From: Bugula neritina | Taxonomy: Eukaryota; Animalia; Bryozoa | Length of the DNA: 64,000 nucleotides | NCBI GenBank assembly: GCA_964035545.1 | Contig: OZ037765.1 | Span: 2,480,001 to 2,544,000 of the forward strand | Direction of reading: 5' to 3' | Part shown: positions 13,183-26,800 of the stretch, piece after piece | Position numbering within the stretch: position 1 is the stretch's first letter | How the letters are laid out: each line of letters opens with the position of its first letter | The notes under the pieces: generated by a model | Seen by the model: the letters and a program-made list of their open reading frames with translations, nothing else | Told to the model about the DNA's origin: nothing | Databases searched by the model: none | Program-made: the position numbers and the translations under genes

Positions 13183-13480
13183 TTTTCTAAATATTGCTAC
13201 AATCTTTCGCTGCTACGGCAAGACATTCTTCTCCATAGAAATTTCAAGCCTAACAAGCTACCTAATTGGTTAAAATGCTTTCAGCCTTGACATAGAAATC
13301 TGTAGCATTGACCTTCAGTTCAAGCATTTATATTTATCAAAACGCTCTACTTTTGTTTAATCGATAAACGGCACAAACAACGTATTTGTCACACGGAGGA
13401 GTTAGTCTTGCTACCGCCCACTCTATTCTCCAGTGATTAATGCTACTTATATTATATCACAGCTGTTGCACTGTCACACC
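13183..13480. promoter_or_regulatory. Putative bidirectional promoter of TCTN2 and RUNDC1
   Basis: Head-to-head arrangement, a locally CpG-richer patch and a DRE-like ATCGATA at 13360-13366. The TSSs are not directly visible. Confidence 0.4.
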
Positions 13481-14659
13481 AACACTAGTTTACAATTTAA
13501 TTACTATTAGTATTAGTATTACTATTAGTATTACTACCTGTCTACTATTAGTATAACTTAAACTACTAGTACTTGTACTACTGGCACTGCTGCTTGTGCT
13601 TTTAGTTGTACTTGTAGTGAACTAAAAATTCAAAGAAAACTTCGAGGTATGATCATAATCATGATTAAAATTTAGTTTTATCCTAATTTATCCTATTTTA
13701 TCCTTACTTATTCCCTATTGTTGCTATTAATTTATTACTATAAATTTTATAATATTATAATTTTATTATTGCATTGATAATAATTATAATAACAATTACA
13801 TTTACTTACTGATAGTGATTAGTGATTAGATTTAGTATTACTATTAGTATTAGTATTACTCTTAGTAGTAGTAAATATAATAGTAATACTACTACTACTA
13901 GTACTACTACTAGTTATAGCATAAGTATTACTAATAAAATTTAAATCTAGTTTTATCATTAGTGCTATTCTAATTCCCCTATTGTTTAACAGTAACACTG
14001 CTATTATGATTTTACTCAAATCTATTTATTTCATAGTGAAAGTGAATCTTTTTTTATCTATGGATTTAAATATCTTTTCAGTTTCACATCTATGATTGTT
14101 AGCAATTCGGAAATAATCCTAATGTAATATTCATCTTATTTATATTTGCTTGTCAATATAGACATCAGCTGCTTAGTCTTGATATTTATTCAAGTTGATA
14201 CTTATAATTTTAAAACTATAAAAGCCTTTTTATTAAAATTATTTTTGGCTAAAGTATGATTGAAAAACATAAATGAATTGTAGACAATTTCTTTGTTTGT
14301 TTATTTCTAAAATACCCTCTCAACTTGAGCCTATAAAATACTATTTTTTCATAGCTTATAATACTCCCCTTATGTTTCATCAATGTATGTTACTTTTTTA
14401 GTTGCACTATTTTTATTCTAGCCTTTGTGATAAATTATCGGCAGGTTTTCTTAGTAGGCTGTGACAGGCTTATAGTTTCCTTTCAAACAAAAATAATTGC
14501 TTATTTTTGCAAACCCTATTGTTAAATAAGTGAGCCAAGGTGAATGAAAAGGTTGTATCTATTTCATTCTATAGAAATGACTATAGAATAATTTGTGAAG
14601 GAAGCTAAACTGATAGTATCTTGTAAACAATAGAAGAGCCTGTTGAGGGCAGGGTTGCA

Positions 14660-17600
14660 ATGGATGCTCTCATACTTTCCACACCTGAGTCAGAATCTCC
14701 CCCTGAGCGGTGGGCACCTGTGGGTGCTGTTGCTGAATCTCCTGATGCCCCTCCAACTGAACCCTTGTGAGTTTACTCAGAAACTCATTTAACAATTCAT
14801 CTAATATCTGTATGCTAGTTTTTATTGAATTTAGATTTCTGATCATTGAATTGAATTGAAGTTGTGGTTTGGTTGATTTACTAGCTAAATAACATTGTTC
14901 AAGTATTCAATTTTTTCGCAAGCAAAGATGGAGTATGTTACCAATTCGGCATTTGAGTTTGAAATTAATTAGTTTTTTTATGACAAGCAACCCTTTAGGT
15001 TGTGTTTTCTAGAACTTAAGTTGCATAACATTTCGTCAGAATGTAAATATATTTCAGCTTACTTGTTCAACCACAGAGTAATTTAAACTCCTATTACTTG
15101 TCACAAAATTTATATATAGATTAAGTTACTTCTTATGATCGCTTCAACATAACTTGACTTGTTTTGTTACGACTTATTGTTTTAGTCTCTGATTATCTTG
15201 AGGAATTTACTCTCAATTTTAATATCAACTTTTTAGTTTTTATAGAGTCAAACTTTATTTTCCTACTTTACATCACCATTTCTGTTCATGTTTTTCTGTT
15301 TACTTGTGTCTACAGTTTGAAGTAGCTCTAAAACTCAGATAACATTCTATGATATTTCAGGTCCTCCAACTCTACAGGCACCGTTGATGCACTTCTTGAG
15401 GAGAATGAGAAGATGGCCAGTTCCCTTCTCTCCCTTACCTCTCACTTTGCCCAGGTGCAGTTCAGACTCAAACAAATTGTCGAAGGACCAGAAGAAACTA
15501 AAGCAGTGAGTATTTTAGTACTGGCTCTCAGAAACCCTTACATTTAGTCTTCCTGTTTTAACTACTGGGTAACTGTTGCAACTATTGACTCTGATTCAAT
15601 TTACAGGAGAGACTGAAAGATTTGGAGGCGTTTGCAGAGAAAGGAATACCTGATATAAAGTCCTGTGTGGTACCCAGGTTACCTGACAGCTGTGAGTCAG
15701 CGGAGGAGCAGGTGAACCAATAAAAATCAATTTTATTTTTATTTTAAATTGTTTATTAAATCCCATTTATAATGTTCATTAGTCTTAAGTCTATCTGATC
15801 TTTGTTTTCAATGGTTTCATTGGCTAGTTTTATGAACATCAACACTCTGTATTTATCCATGTATGACTAGTTGGGATTGTTGTTTAAATAGTAACACCTA
15901 TAATAATTGCTTAATTGTAGTATCAGTGTTTTACCTTGGTGGTTTGATGTTATTTTCTAACATAGCTTTTTATTACGTGCTTCTTGCATCTAGATCTAAT
16001 TTTTTCGTCTAGATCATACAATCTTAAGGGATATGTTATTGAAAAGGTTATAAAAGACAAACTCATAAGTAGTTTTCATATTGTGATAAATATGTAGTAT
16101 ACATTAAGTGTGACAGGTATGCATTAGTATAATTTATGAGATGTGGCTTGTCTGTTCAATGCACTACTATTTAGTGATTGGTTGCGTTAATACTTGTTTT
16201 TACCTACTAGGCAAGTGTCAGTGCACTTCATTCAGTCACTGATCATGTTGAAATAAGCAATGGTGAGTGAAATGCATTCATTTGCATTACTTGGATTTAC
16301 TAAAACTTCTTTCTTTCATTAGAGTTTAATTAACTTTTTCTTCAAGATTAATAGTACTAGTGTTGGTATTGAAAATGCCTTTACACTTGTATTTTGTACT
16401 CTTCACCAGCTGTGGTGAGTTTTATATTACCTTTATCTTTTTTCCAGAAGCTTCTTTAGCGTGTGCACCTATTATGATGCTAGGCCGAGTGTCTTCAATA
16501 CACTTGAGTTGTATTTTACAGAGTGATGAGGAGTATAAAAGGAAGTTGAGTTATAAGCAGAGGGAGATGATAGCTGATCTGAAGAGCTCATTGACTGATC
16601 TTGAGAGCTATGCATACGAGGTAAGTACTGAGTTAAGTAAGTAATGTATGAAGTAAGTGTTGTGTGGAGTAAGTACTGAAAGTATGTGAGGTAAGTGATG
16701 AGATCTTGCTGATGAAGTTTACTTACAATCAGGCAAGTTTATCCCACACTGTAGACCTCATATGCCACACTGTTGCAGTCGTTACTATGTCATTCATTTG
16801 CACCGCCATGCTTTGTGTTAACCGAACTACCAGCATGCTGTATACTCTGACACTCGGTCACATGTATAACACTTACGTTCGTCTGCCACAGTGAGAGGTG
16901 ATTAAGGATTCAAGTCCTGGGGGATTTCCGTCATTAGTCGGTAACTCCTAGTCAATAATTAGATGTAGTTTAGTGGATTACATGATATCAAATGTTTCCC
17001 CGTGTTAAAATATTCTCATAATGATATAAGCATTAGATTTTTGTTAGAATTCCTTCTGTGAGAAATTTAGTATCAGTTGATAATGTAATGTGCAAATGCT
17101 TTCATTTTAAATACATGAAGTTACAGACTATTTGTGTGTAGCCAATGGTTTTATTTTGGCATGGGCTACCAGAGGGTAAAACATACTTTAAAGTTTTATC
17201 CAGTTTATTCAGGTTCACGTTTACCCTTCTATCACCAGCTTTATTTCAGAATGGGTTGGCTGAAGAGTTACCAACCAGCGAGAAGTTAGCAAAACAAGAT
17301 GTCATCATTCAAGAAATAAAAAAGAAGTTACAAATCTCACATCTGGATAATATTGCCTCCTTAAGGTAAGAACTCACTCTACCAGTAACTTGACTGTAAC
17401 TCACTCTACCAGTAACTTGACTGTAACTCACTCTACCAGTAACTTGGCTGTAGCGTACTAATTTAATGGAATCTTCAAATAAAGGTTGCTTTTTCATATC
17501 TAAGAACCCATTAGAAAGTTTTCTACATTCATAATGAAATCTAACTTATTTTAAGACACAGCCCATGATTTCTAATTTATTTGAGAGTTTTGACGTGGAG

Positions 17601-20600
17601 TTGCTCTGGTAGTGTAGTAGAGAGGGGTTTACGTTTTGTTGCTGAGCAAATTGATGTGGCTAGAACTCAATTCCCACTGGTGACATGTTATTTACATCGG
17701 CACATTTAGCTGAAATAGTGGCAATAACTCAATAACTTGTTTTCATAATCAATTGGGTGATAATGTTTGAATGTCACTTTCCCAGGTAACTAAATGATTC
17801 AATCAACCAGTTGCTCCTATTCATATATTTACTCCTCCAGGCTATATGATTTATAGTCCCAGTGAACTGACTTGTTGGCCATTTCACAGTCACTATTCAT
17901 CACCAAGTTAATATAGAACACCAAATTCACTTCAACTTGTATAGTGTTTGATTAGATGTGTTGTAGTTGTAACTTATGCTAATTATAATAATACTAATGA
18001 AGTTGTAACTTTAAGGACTAGAATATCGTTTTTCGTTTCTCTAACTAAAAGCTTCACTGTTTTAACTTTTCACTAGAAGGAATATTAACTTCATGTATAG
18101 TTGCTAGCAAACCACTCTTAGTAAATAGTAGCACGATGTATTGGCACATGTGACTGATGAGTATATTCAGTGCAGAGGTGTTGGTTGTTGCTCAGCTTGG
18201 GTTTGTAAATGTTTGGTTTAGTGTTGGAGAGTAAATTGCTGTTGTTTATAGTCTACAAGTTCTGCTCTATTTGAAAAGGTGTCCGTTATACTTTAATATG
18301 GTAGAGTTTGTAATTAGAGAAGAGTGTCAGTTTGAACCAGTTCCATGAAACCCGAATACTGCAGAAGAAACCTCAAATATTTAATAAATGCAATATTTCT
18401 TTGAAATTGATGGAAGGTTCTACACCTTCTCTACGTGTCATTCATCATAATTTGACATATTATGTTTGGTAATGTTGAATTTTGGTTATCTAGTATTGCA
18501 AGTTTTTGTGAATATTCCAACCAACTGTGTAGAGAGGATGTAACGCATATAATCTCACAGCTTCTCTTATAAAGACACCCAAGTAGTTCTACACAGAATA
18601 TTTAGAGTCATATTTCAAAGTCATCGGCAACAATTATACTCTTTTTAATTGCATTTCTTTAGTTTAATCGACTGAAACTAGAAGCTAGAAAATGTGTTTG
18701 TTTGAATCTCTATTATCTCATTCAGTTCTTTCATCACAGCAAATGTTATACTAGTAGCTTGTACTAGTGGTAGAATAATTGACAAGTTTTCAAAACCTGA
18801 TTCCCATGTCACTATTCTATTAGGTCGTTATCCCTTTGAGTATGGCTATGGTAGCTAGGAACTAATATTATGCCTGTTTGCTACCTCTTTTCAATAGTTT
18901 CTTGTAATAAAGATTACATGAGTGTAGCATTCGGTTTATGCAATTACAGTTGAAATGTGTTAACTTAAGGCTAAACAATGCCAGCAATAGTGTGTCTCTA
19001 GAAGCAGCACCTAACTATATCTGTGAAGGGGGCAGGTCTGTAGTTTTTCTCAAATATTGGCTCTAGTAGCAGATTCTAGCCGAATCACCAGAAATTAGAA
19101 CTCTGGTTAAGTGAAAACCCATCTTAAACTTAATGATTGCTTAATTTTAACTTTTAATTATGATTTCTTGTACTTTAATATCAGATATTTTCATTTAATT
19201 TGTTTATTTATTTAAATTATTTTTCAGTAATATTGTTTACTGATTGTAGTTCAACAGAGTTGCGTGAATGTGTAGACGAAGCTATTGCACAGGTATACCT
19301 ATACTATTTATATACCTGTATATATACCTGTATATATACAGATATACCTATACTATATACCTGTATATATACCTGTATATATCTATACTATACCTATAGT
19401 CTACTCATATAATTTACATGCATTAAGTTCAGTCAAGTTAAACGGAGCTGTAGATTACATTTTCTAGTGTATGGATTCCATTTTTGTTAGTTTTCCATTT
19501 TCAAATATTGATAATTATCAGATATTGTTATTTTATGGCTGCACTGCTATCGTCTCAATGTACTTCTGTATATTCTAATTTATTGAAGATATATAATTAT
19601 GCCAACACCCGTCTCTATAATGAATTATACATTCTCTTGTGATTTCAGTAATGAATGTCTGTTGAACTTCTTTGTACTGGATGCTACTTTTCATATTCTT
19701 CCCTGTAGATAGTTCACCCTGCGAAGGTTAAAGAGAAGCAGGTAGAACAACTCCAAACACAAGTTGTAGACTTAGAGCGATTTGTGGGCTTTCTCCAAAG
19801 TAAGTGGCGGTCACTAGGCTCACAGTATGTTTCAGGTCCAACGTCAGTTCTAATGCAAAGTACTGGGATAGCATAGTATATCTTATATGAGTAACAAGTG
19901 ATATTGCTCACAATAAGTGTTGAACCTTTCGTTATTAATTTAAATAGTTTGAAGGGTAAATTATATTTTTGCTTCTACTCTACACCTAATATGCACTTTA
20001 GTTCTATTAAGACATTAAATCACATTCTACACTATAAACATTAGCAGACCATGTGAAATTTTTTAGACCTCTACATGCACTGAACTGAAACTATATAGTT
20101 CAATGTGTACATGTATCATCTTACTGACATATAAACAACGCAGCGTTTGTTCTAGCACCCCTACTGCGCTGTGATTTTCTATAGTTACTCAGTCTTATAG
20201 TCTATATAGCAACCTATCAGGATTCTACTCAGCAACCAATCAGATACTAGAGTTATATTTATAATATTCAAATGCTCGCTTCTACCATCATAACAAGTCA
20301 AAGCTTTGCTTTACTCCTCGCCTTTTGAGTCTCGAGTATAGCGTTTGTGTCGCTCTCTACTGTTAGCTGAAGTTTCAAATGCTCAGAAAGAAACCAAATC
20401 AAAAGCTTCAAATTCCTCAAAGAGTTCAACTAGAATGAGACCGGCGCACCGTCCACCCATACTGACTATTCACAGAGACGCAGTAAGAACTCCAGGTACA
20501 GGAAGTAACAATATCAAGGTTAGTTGTAATATTTGAGATGCAGTTATTTGGTTGTAAACATGAGCATCTTCTCCTAGCCGGTAAACTACGGGAGCATTGG

Positions 20601-23380
20601 TCTAGAGGTCAAAGCTTTTGGCTTGGTAAGCACAAAGTCATGGGTTCGAGCCCAAGTAAAGGCCATTGGTGATGTTAGAAAGAGCATCCAGTTATAATTA
20701 CTCCTGTACCAAATATGGATAAGTCCTTAGCCCTATATAAATACCCTTTCCACCAGAGATAATGACTATAAACTCGCATGAGTAATGTTAAAATCATCTG
20801 CTGTTTTGATAAAGGTGCCATATGTAATGTCAGTTTTTATTTTGTTGACAATCAGTGGTGAGATAACTCTGCAACTTGTAGTCATGTGACTTTGTTAGGA
20901 TGAAGAGTACCAAGACGAAAGTTTTACCGCCCGAATGAAGAGAATTCTCAGTGTGATACATTTGTATATCTTGAGTGAGTTGGGGTGTCGTAGTAGAATC
21001 TCAGACAACAACAGGGAACAGATGTCAACTAAGGACAACAAAACAGACTATGAGTAAGTTACATTTACTGAGTGAATTAGTATGTCAACTAAGGACAGCA
21101 AAACAGACTATGAGTAAGTTATATATGCTAAGTGAGTTAGTATGACAACTAAGGGCAACAAAACAGACTAGGAGTAGGCTATATTTTTATGGCCATTAAT
21201 CAAAGCATTCAGTGTACAATCATTCATGATTGATGAATTAACTTTTCTGTGTGGATACCTGGTTGAATACGTTTTTTAAAACTTTTCAACCATGAAATGT
21301 GTCTCTAGTTGTGTATAAATAGATAATGTTTTTAAAATGTGAGCTTGTTTTGATTAAATTGGCTGCAATGGGATAATGTGCAGGAAATCATAGTCAAAGA
21401 AAATGGAAAATCATTTTATATTTTGCTTCCAGCGGAATGTTGGCCGAGTTGAGAGCATCTGTAGACCTGCTGTCAGCCACTGCTGAGAAAGTGGCCAAGG
21501 AAAAAGTCGACTCCACATTTACGGACTGTGACTACCTAAGTGAAGAGGAGACGTATATCTCTGAGAGTAGAGAGCTAACTAAATGCGTCAGGAAGCAGTT
21601 TACCCCCACCCTCAAGAAGATCCTAGAACACGGGCTAACAGATGTGAGGCTCTTTGAAATGAAGCAATAATATAGCCATTTTATATATTCTAACTGGCTG
21701 TAAATGTTTATAGTTTTATAAATGTTTATTGGTTAACACCTAAAAGAAATTTTTTTCAATTCAATATAATAATTTGCTTTCAAAGATATGCACAGTGTTT
21801 CAGATATATGTGTCTGCAATATTGCTGAATTAATTCTGTTTGCCTTAAAATGTTTGTTGGAAGTCTTCCTTTGGCTGTTTATTTTAGCTGAATTCTATGC
21901 TTTTAGTTCCGGTCTAGCCAAGCTCTTATGTCTATAGCGGGACGTACTCCCAACGCAGCAATGATAACGTCCGTTACAGATAATAAAATGCGTGCGTGGA
22001 GAGTTATACTCCAGTATTATGAAATCAAGGTAAAGTGTAGATGTCTTTTCTGTGGCACTTTTAAACAGATTTTTTCAAAAATTCCTCATTTCTCTATTCT
22101 TTCTTTCTAGTGTTGCTTCCAATTGGTGTGATGTTATTTTAATATATATATTATGACTAAACGAATTGCTTGACATTTTTCACTTGTTTTAAGTTTAGAC
22201 TGAAGACCCAACTACTGGTTGAGGGGTAGAATGCAAAACCATGTTCGAATCGTACCATAGTTATTACTTTTTACAAGTTTTATAATTTTATTATTCAATG
22301 TTATCGGACCATTGCTTAGAGTAAAATAACCCATTTTAATTCTTTAGTAAGTTTGTATGTAAATCTTTCTCTTGCTGTTGAAGTGGTGATTCTACTTTGT
22401 CTATTATTAGGACGGGCCAGCGTATAATGAAGCACCTCACAGGAAGCTGGCCAACTCCTTCGGTATTGATAGCATGAGCAACTCTGAAGCGTCGGTCAAA
22501 CACTCCTTACTCACTGCTATTGGTCAGATATTGGAGACGCACCGTTTATACAGACGTGGAGATGAAGCTCACTTCAAGGCATTCATCTGCCTGGCTCTCA
22601 AGTGAGTGTAGTGTGTCTTGTCATATTGAGTGTAAGCTAGTCCTGCTTTACTGAGTTCTGTGATTTACGCATGGACACAGGAAATAGGCTAGTATTATGT
22701 TGTGAAACTTTCTACTATATGTTCAAGTTGAATGTTATCAATAACTTTAAGCTGGCCATTCAACAATATTCCAAAGTAGCTTTTAGTCTGATAATACACA
22801 ATCTCTGCTTTCCTACACTACTTCTTCTAGAATGTTCCTTATATTTTTAAATTTTTGAGTTGAAAGTAATTCGGACATCTTTGGTCATTATCAGACAGGT
22901 CTATGGCACTGTGTGTCTAATAATAATAGTTGTATGGAGTTTAGAGGTGGAAGACTTATTCAATTACAAGTGCTACAAAATTCCTTTTGCGTTGAATTTT
23001 ACTTACAGATTATAGTTTCACCATATTTTTATATACAACAATCAAATATCAAGTGATGTTAGGCTACTTAAAATTTTCTCATACCACAGTTGAGCCACAA
23101 CAAATTCTAAGTTGAGCAGTTTTACAAGTTTGTCTCGTGACATTGTTGCGGAGTTGTGATTCCCTGATCTTGTTTTAGTGAGAAGAAATTGGTTGCCTGG
23201 TTGAGACAAATCTTCCGAACACCAGCTATTGCTGAACAGTACTATGAACCCTGGGGTTACTTGGTAAAGACGGGATTCGAGGATATATTCTGTGTGCTAA
23301 ATAAACTAAAACAGTACGACTTTAATCTTCCAGTTGACTTGGCTGTGCAGCAGTTCAGCAACATTAAAGACGCTTTCTAG
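14660..23380 (+). CDS. RUNDC1: RUN domain-containing protein 1 (13 coding exons)
   Basis: Exons 14660-14766, 15361-15505, 15607-15711, 16522-16620, 17250-17365, 19250-19292, 19709-19799, 20367-20518, 20899-21053, 21433-21643, 21907-22029, 22411-22601, 23179-23380. RUNDC1 hallmarks: ERWAPVGA, LTSHFAQVQFRLKQIV, QLQTQVVDLERFVGFLQ and C-terminal FNLPVDLAVQQFSNIKDAF*. Confidence 0.92.
17370..17452. repeat. 27-bp tandem repeat x3 immediately after a RUNDC1 donor
   Basis: ACTCACTCTACCAGTAACTTGACTGTA x3, starting ~5 nt into the intron. Confidence 0.85.
20590..20775 (+). mobile_element. tRNA-derived SINE
   Basis: A box TGGTCTAGAGG and B box GGTTCGAGCCC (20643-20653), with no pairing acceptor stem. 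The body GGCCATTGGTGATGTT... and tail GACTATAAAC are shared with the copy at 1537. Confidence 0.65.
21022..21180 (+). repeat. 60-bp tandem triplication of a RUNDC1 exon end plus donor
   Basis: ATGTCAACTAAGGACAACAAAACAGACTATGA|GTAAGTT at 21022 and 21082, with a diverged copy at 21142. Confidence 0.92.
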
Positions 23381-23808
23381 CACAATATGCAACCAAATGA
23401 AGACAACTCCAATGTTCTACGCAAATTTCTGTATACAATTCAGTACAAAGTGATATATTAAATCTCTAACCTTTTTTTATGTATTAAGGTGATCAATTCC
23501 AAATCTATATTAATTAGCTGTTAATGTTTACATGGAAACACTTTTTTGTTTCTGTTTACTTTATAAGATACTGCATTATCTCTAGTCATAAAATGTAGCT
23601 ATTATATTTTCCATTGTTGTATTATAATAGATAAATACATTCCATTACATTCATACCAATATAAAAAGCAACAAAATAATTTCCAGCATAGAAAGCGGCT
23701 AACAACAAAATATCAACTAAAAACTAGTATCAATAAAAACAGACAATCTCTAAATTTATCTACAAATCAACTTGAAGATAGATGCTGTCCAATCGGTGGT
23801 CAGTTCAT

Positions 23809-26800
23809 CTACTTCTTGCCGCCACCCCACCAGGTTTTGAAATACCCGGATATGCCGCCCTTTTTCTCCTGCGTCTCCAGCTTGTGTCGCAGATCAGGAA
23901 GGAGGACGTGGTTACCGGCGAGGTCGTAGAATAGTGGTTTGCAGGGTATTGGCTGCATGTCGGGTGGAGATTTGATGAGAGTAACATTCTTGGCAGATAT
24001 GGAAGGATCTTCTGGCAGATACTGCTCTAGCCTCTCTGCTATTGGCTGAAATAGAACATACAACACCCAATCAAATAACACTAAAACACATCAAACATTG
24101 GCAACATAATATTAGTCATTGTTAGACAATAAATTTATTTTATTTATGTAGACAAAATCAGATTTACTTCAAATTAAATAATTGAAAAAACTTAAGTAAA
24201 TACATATAATATTTTACATTATATGCAGAAAGTATTACCAATTTTAATTTAGTTTGGCGGTGCAGATAATTCCAAAATTAAGCTGCAACATGTAGCAGTT
24301 GGAGTTACGTACCCTCTTATCAGCTGTGATGGATATTTTAGACATGTCCTTAGCCAAGTCCTGAGAGTTGGAGTCTAGAATGCTGGAGGCCTGGGCTTGT
24401 ATCAACAGGCCTTCATTCAGTTTAATTATTTCATCAACTTCATCTTTAGTCTGGAAAGTAGAAAAATAACATTCTATTTACTCAGCAGTACGGGTGGAAG
24501 TGCGTGATTGGAAAACTTGGATCAATTCTTTTCAAAAATCCAATATATGAAACAGATAACACATACTGCAGCTTTTTGCCCATTTTTCAGTGGCTCTTTT
24601 AATGCTTAAGATAAGTAAAAACTGATATAATATGCATTCTGATTAGCACAGCATACGTTTGGTGACAAATTACTTTATTATAATGAAATTTAATATGTGT
24701 ACAATCATGTGGTCCTTTGTTATGGCTGACTCCTGAATTTGCACATCATGCAAATGTACTTGCCAACCCCCGACACATAGCATTTAGAACTAGCAGCCAA
24801 CACATAAGACCTACAAACTAGCTAGCAGACAGCAGGTACACAGAGACACACTTACCACGGTCTGACTGCTGCCAACAGAGTTCTTGACTTGACCAATGTA
24901 CTCCTGGGATCTCTTAGTCAGAGCAACAACTTCTGGCCATTGCTTACCGACAGCAAACATACGAGCCAGGTAGTAGCACCTGTGAGATAGAATTAGCACT
25001 GATTAGAATTTACACCGACACAACTGATAATAAATGGAGAGTGATTAATCTGCCGACTCAGCTGTATATAAAGGGCAGACAACTACCTGAAGGCTTTGTA
25101 GGCTACGATGTCGGCCTGCAGCTCCTCGGCTAGCCCGTGGTCTTCAGTTAGACCGGTCATCTGGGGAATCTCAGAAAGGCCTTGAATGATCATTTCGTAG
25201 AGCCTGGCTATGTCTTGAGGTCGGACTACCTTTTGACCATCGCTTGGAGGTTTACCTGAAAATATATACGAGATATGTACTTAAAGTAGAAATAAATTGT
25301 TTAGAGTAAATTATAGTAGTACTACAGAGTATATCATAGCGGTAAGTAATACAGAGTATTTAAGGCGGAACAGAAGAGAGACGGACAGACAGACAGACCT
25401 AGCAATGACTTGTACATTTCCACCATGACTAGATTCTTCTGTACTGTCTTCCTGATCTTGAGATACTGAAGGTAAGTGTGCAGGAAGATCTGAACCGGCA
25501 CATGACCATCTATTTCCTGTCCTCTCTGAATCTGTCTAAACGTCTGCAACCCAAACGCATGGCGTAGACTGTAGAGCATGCCCCACACTATAGTCTCATC
25601 CATACAAACAACACAGGGCAAAGTGCAGACAACTTACTGGGTCAGCTTTCAACTCCTCCTTTATCACTTGCAGCACATCTACGCAGTCTTTGATGATCCT
25701 ATCAAACACGGCAATCTTGGTGTCAAAGTCACTGGCAGCCTCCACTTCGCTCTGAATCTCTCTTTCGGCCAATAAAAACACTCGAACCTGCAAATATGGG
25801 AAAACACCAAATTTTAATTTAAAAACAAAAAACAGAACATTTGCTTCAACAAACTAATTAAAATGACAGATAGAAGCAGCCGGGAACAAACCTTGTCGTT
25901 CTTGACAGGCATGGTTCTGCCACGCCACGTCACCTCGTAGAGGGAGCCAGCCTGTCGCTCTCTTGTCTTCTGTATCAGCTCGTCGAGCACAATGTCCGTG
26001 TGACCCATAGTTAGACGCATCTCGAGCAGGTCGCTCACGTCAGTCGTGTCTCCTATGTTGTAGGCGCAATACCTGGAGAATAGGTATAACTATAAAGTGA
26101 AGGTACAGAATAGGTATAACTATAAGGTGCAGATACAGAATAGGTATAACTATAAGGTGCAGGTAAACCTAGAGTAAAGGAAGTAAGCCTCTAGATAAGT
26201 CTACAAACTAAACAGGCAGGCAGGGGATATACATTCTAGCTCACATAGGGAGGTCTTGAGAGCAAACTTTTAGCATTTAAATAAAAAAAGAGTAATCAGA
26301 CAGACAGAGGAGCTGTAGTGAGTAGTTGTAGACAGAAGAGAAAAACTTTAACTTTAATAACATAACCAACGTTTCTCTTCTACAATTTCACTCTCACTTC
26401 TCAGAAAGCTTATTTCTAAAGAATTTGTCAGTTTTAGCGTAACCCTTCAATGAAGTGTCTCAGTGAAGACTTACTTTACACTAGACTCGATGTCGATGAC
26501 CTTCTGCTTGTAGGTCATCACGGCATCACCAGAGACAGCGCTGCTCATCTTCTCGTAAATAAGTTTGGCTTTAGTCAGCAGTTCCATGGCCAGCCGCCAG
26601 TCCTTCTTCAGCTCAAACTGCAGAGTGCCGGACATCCACTCGTGGTACGCCTGCAAAGGTCACCCGAAGGTCAGCATACTCTCAGCTGGTTGGTGTATGT
26701 ATTTGAGGAAAGATTGAGAAGAGTAGCAGATGTCAGGAAAGGAAAATACCCAGTGTGATACATGCCACAATTACCCTAGGGTACAGGGCTGCTTAACTCA

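Noticed and set aside
13190-13236. Two short upstream ORFs before TCTN2 (MEKNVLP*, MSCRSSERL*)
   Set aside because: The TSS is unknown, so they cannot be shown to be transcribed.
20590-20665. Functional tRNA gene
   Set aside because: A and B boxes are present but the acceptor and anticodon stems do not pair. The sequence continues into a body shared with a second copy, so it was called a SINE.
22195-22260. Hammerhead ribozyme or tRNA-like fragment (CTGAAGA...; GTTCGAATC)
   Set aside because: No correctly placed GAAA core and no convincing stems I/III or cloverleaf.
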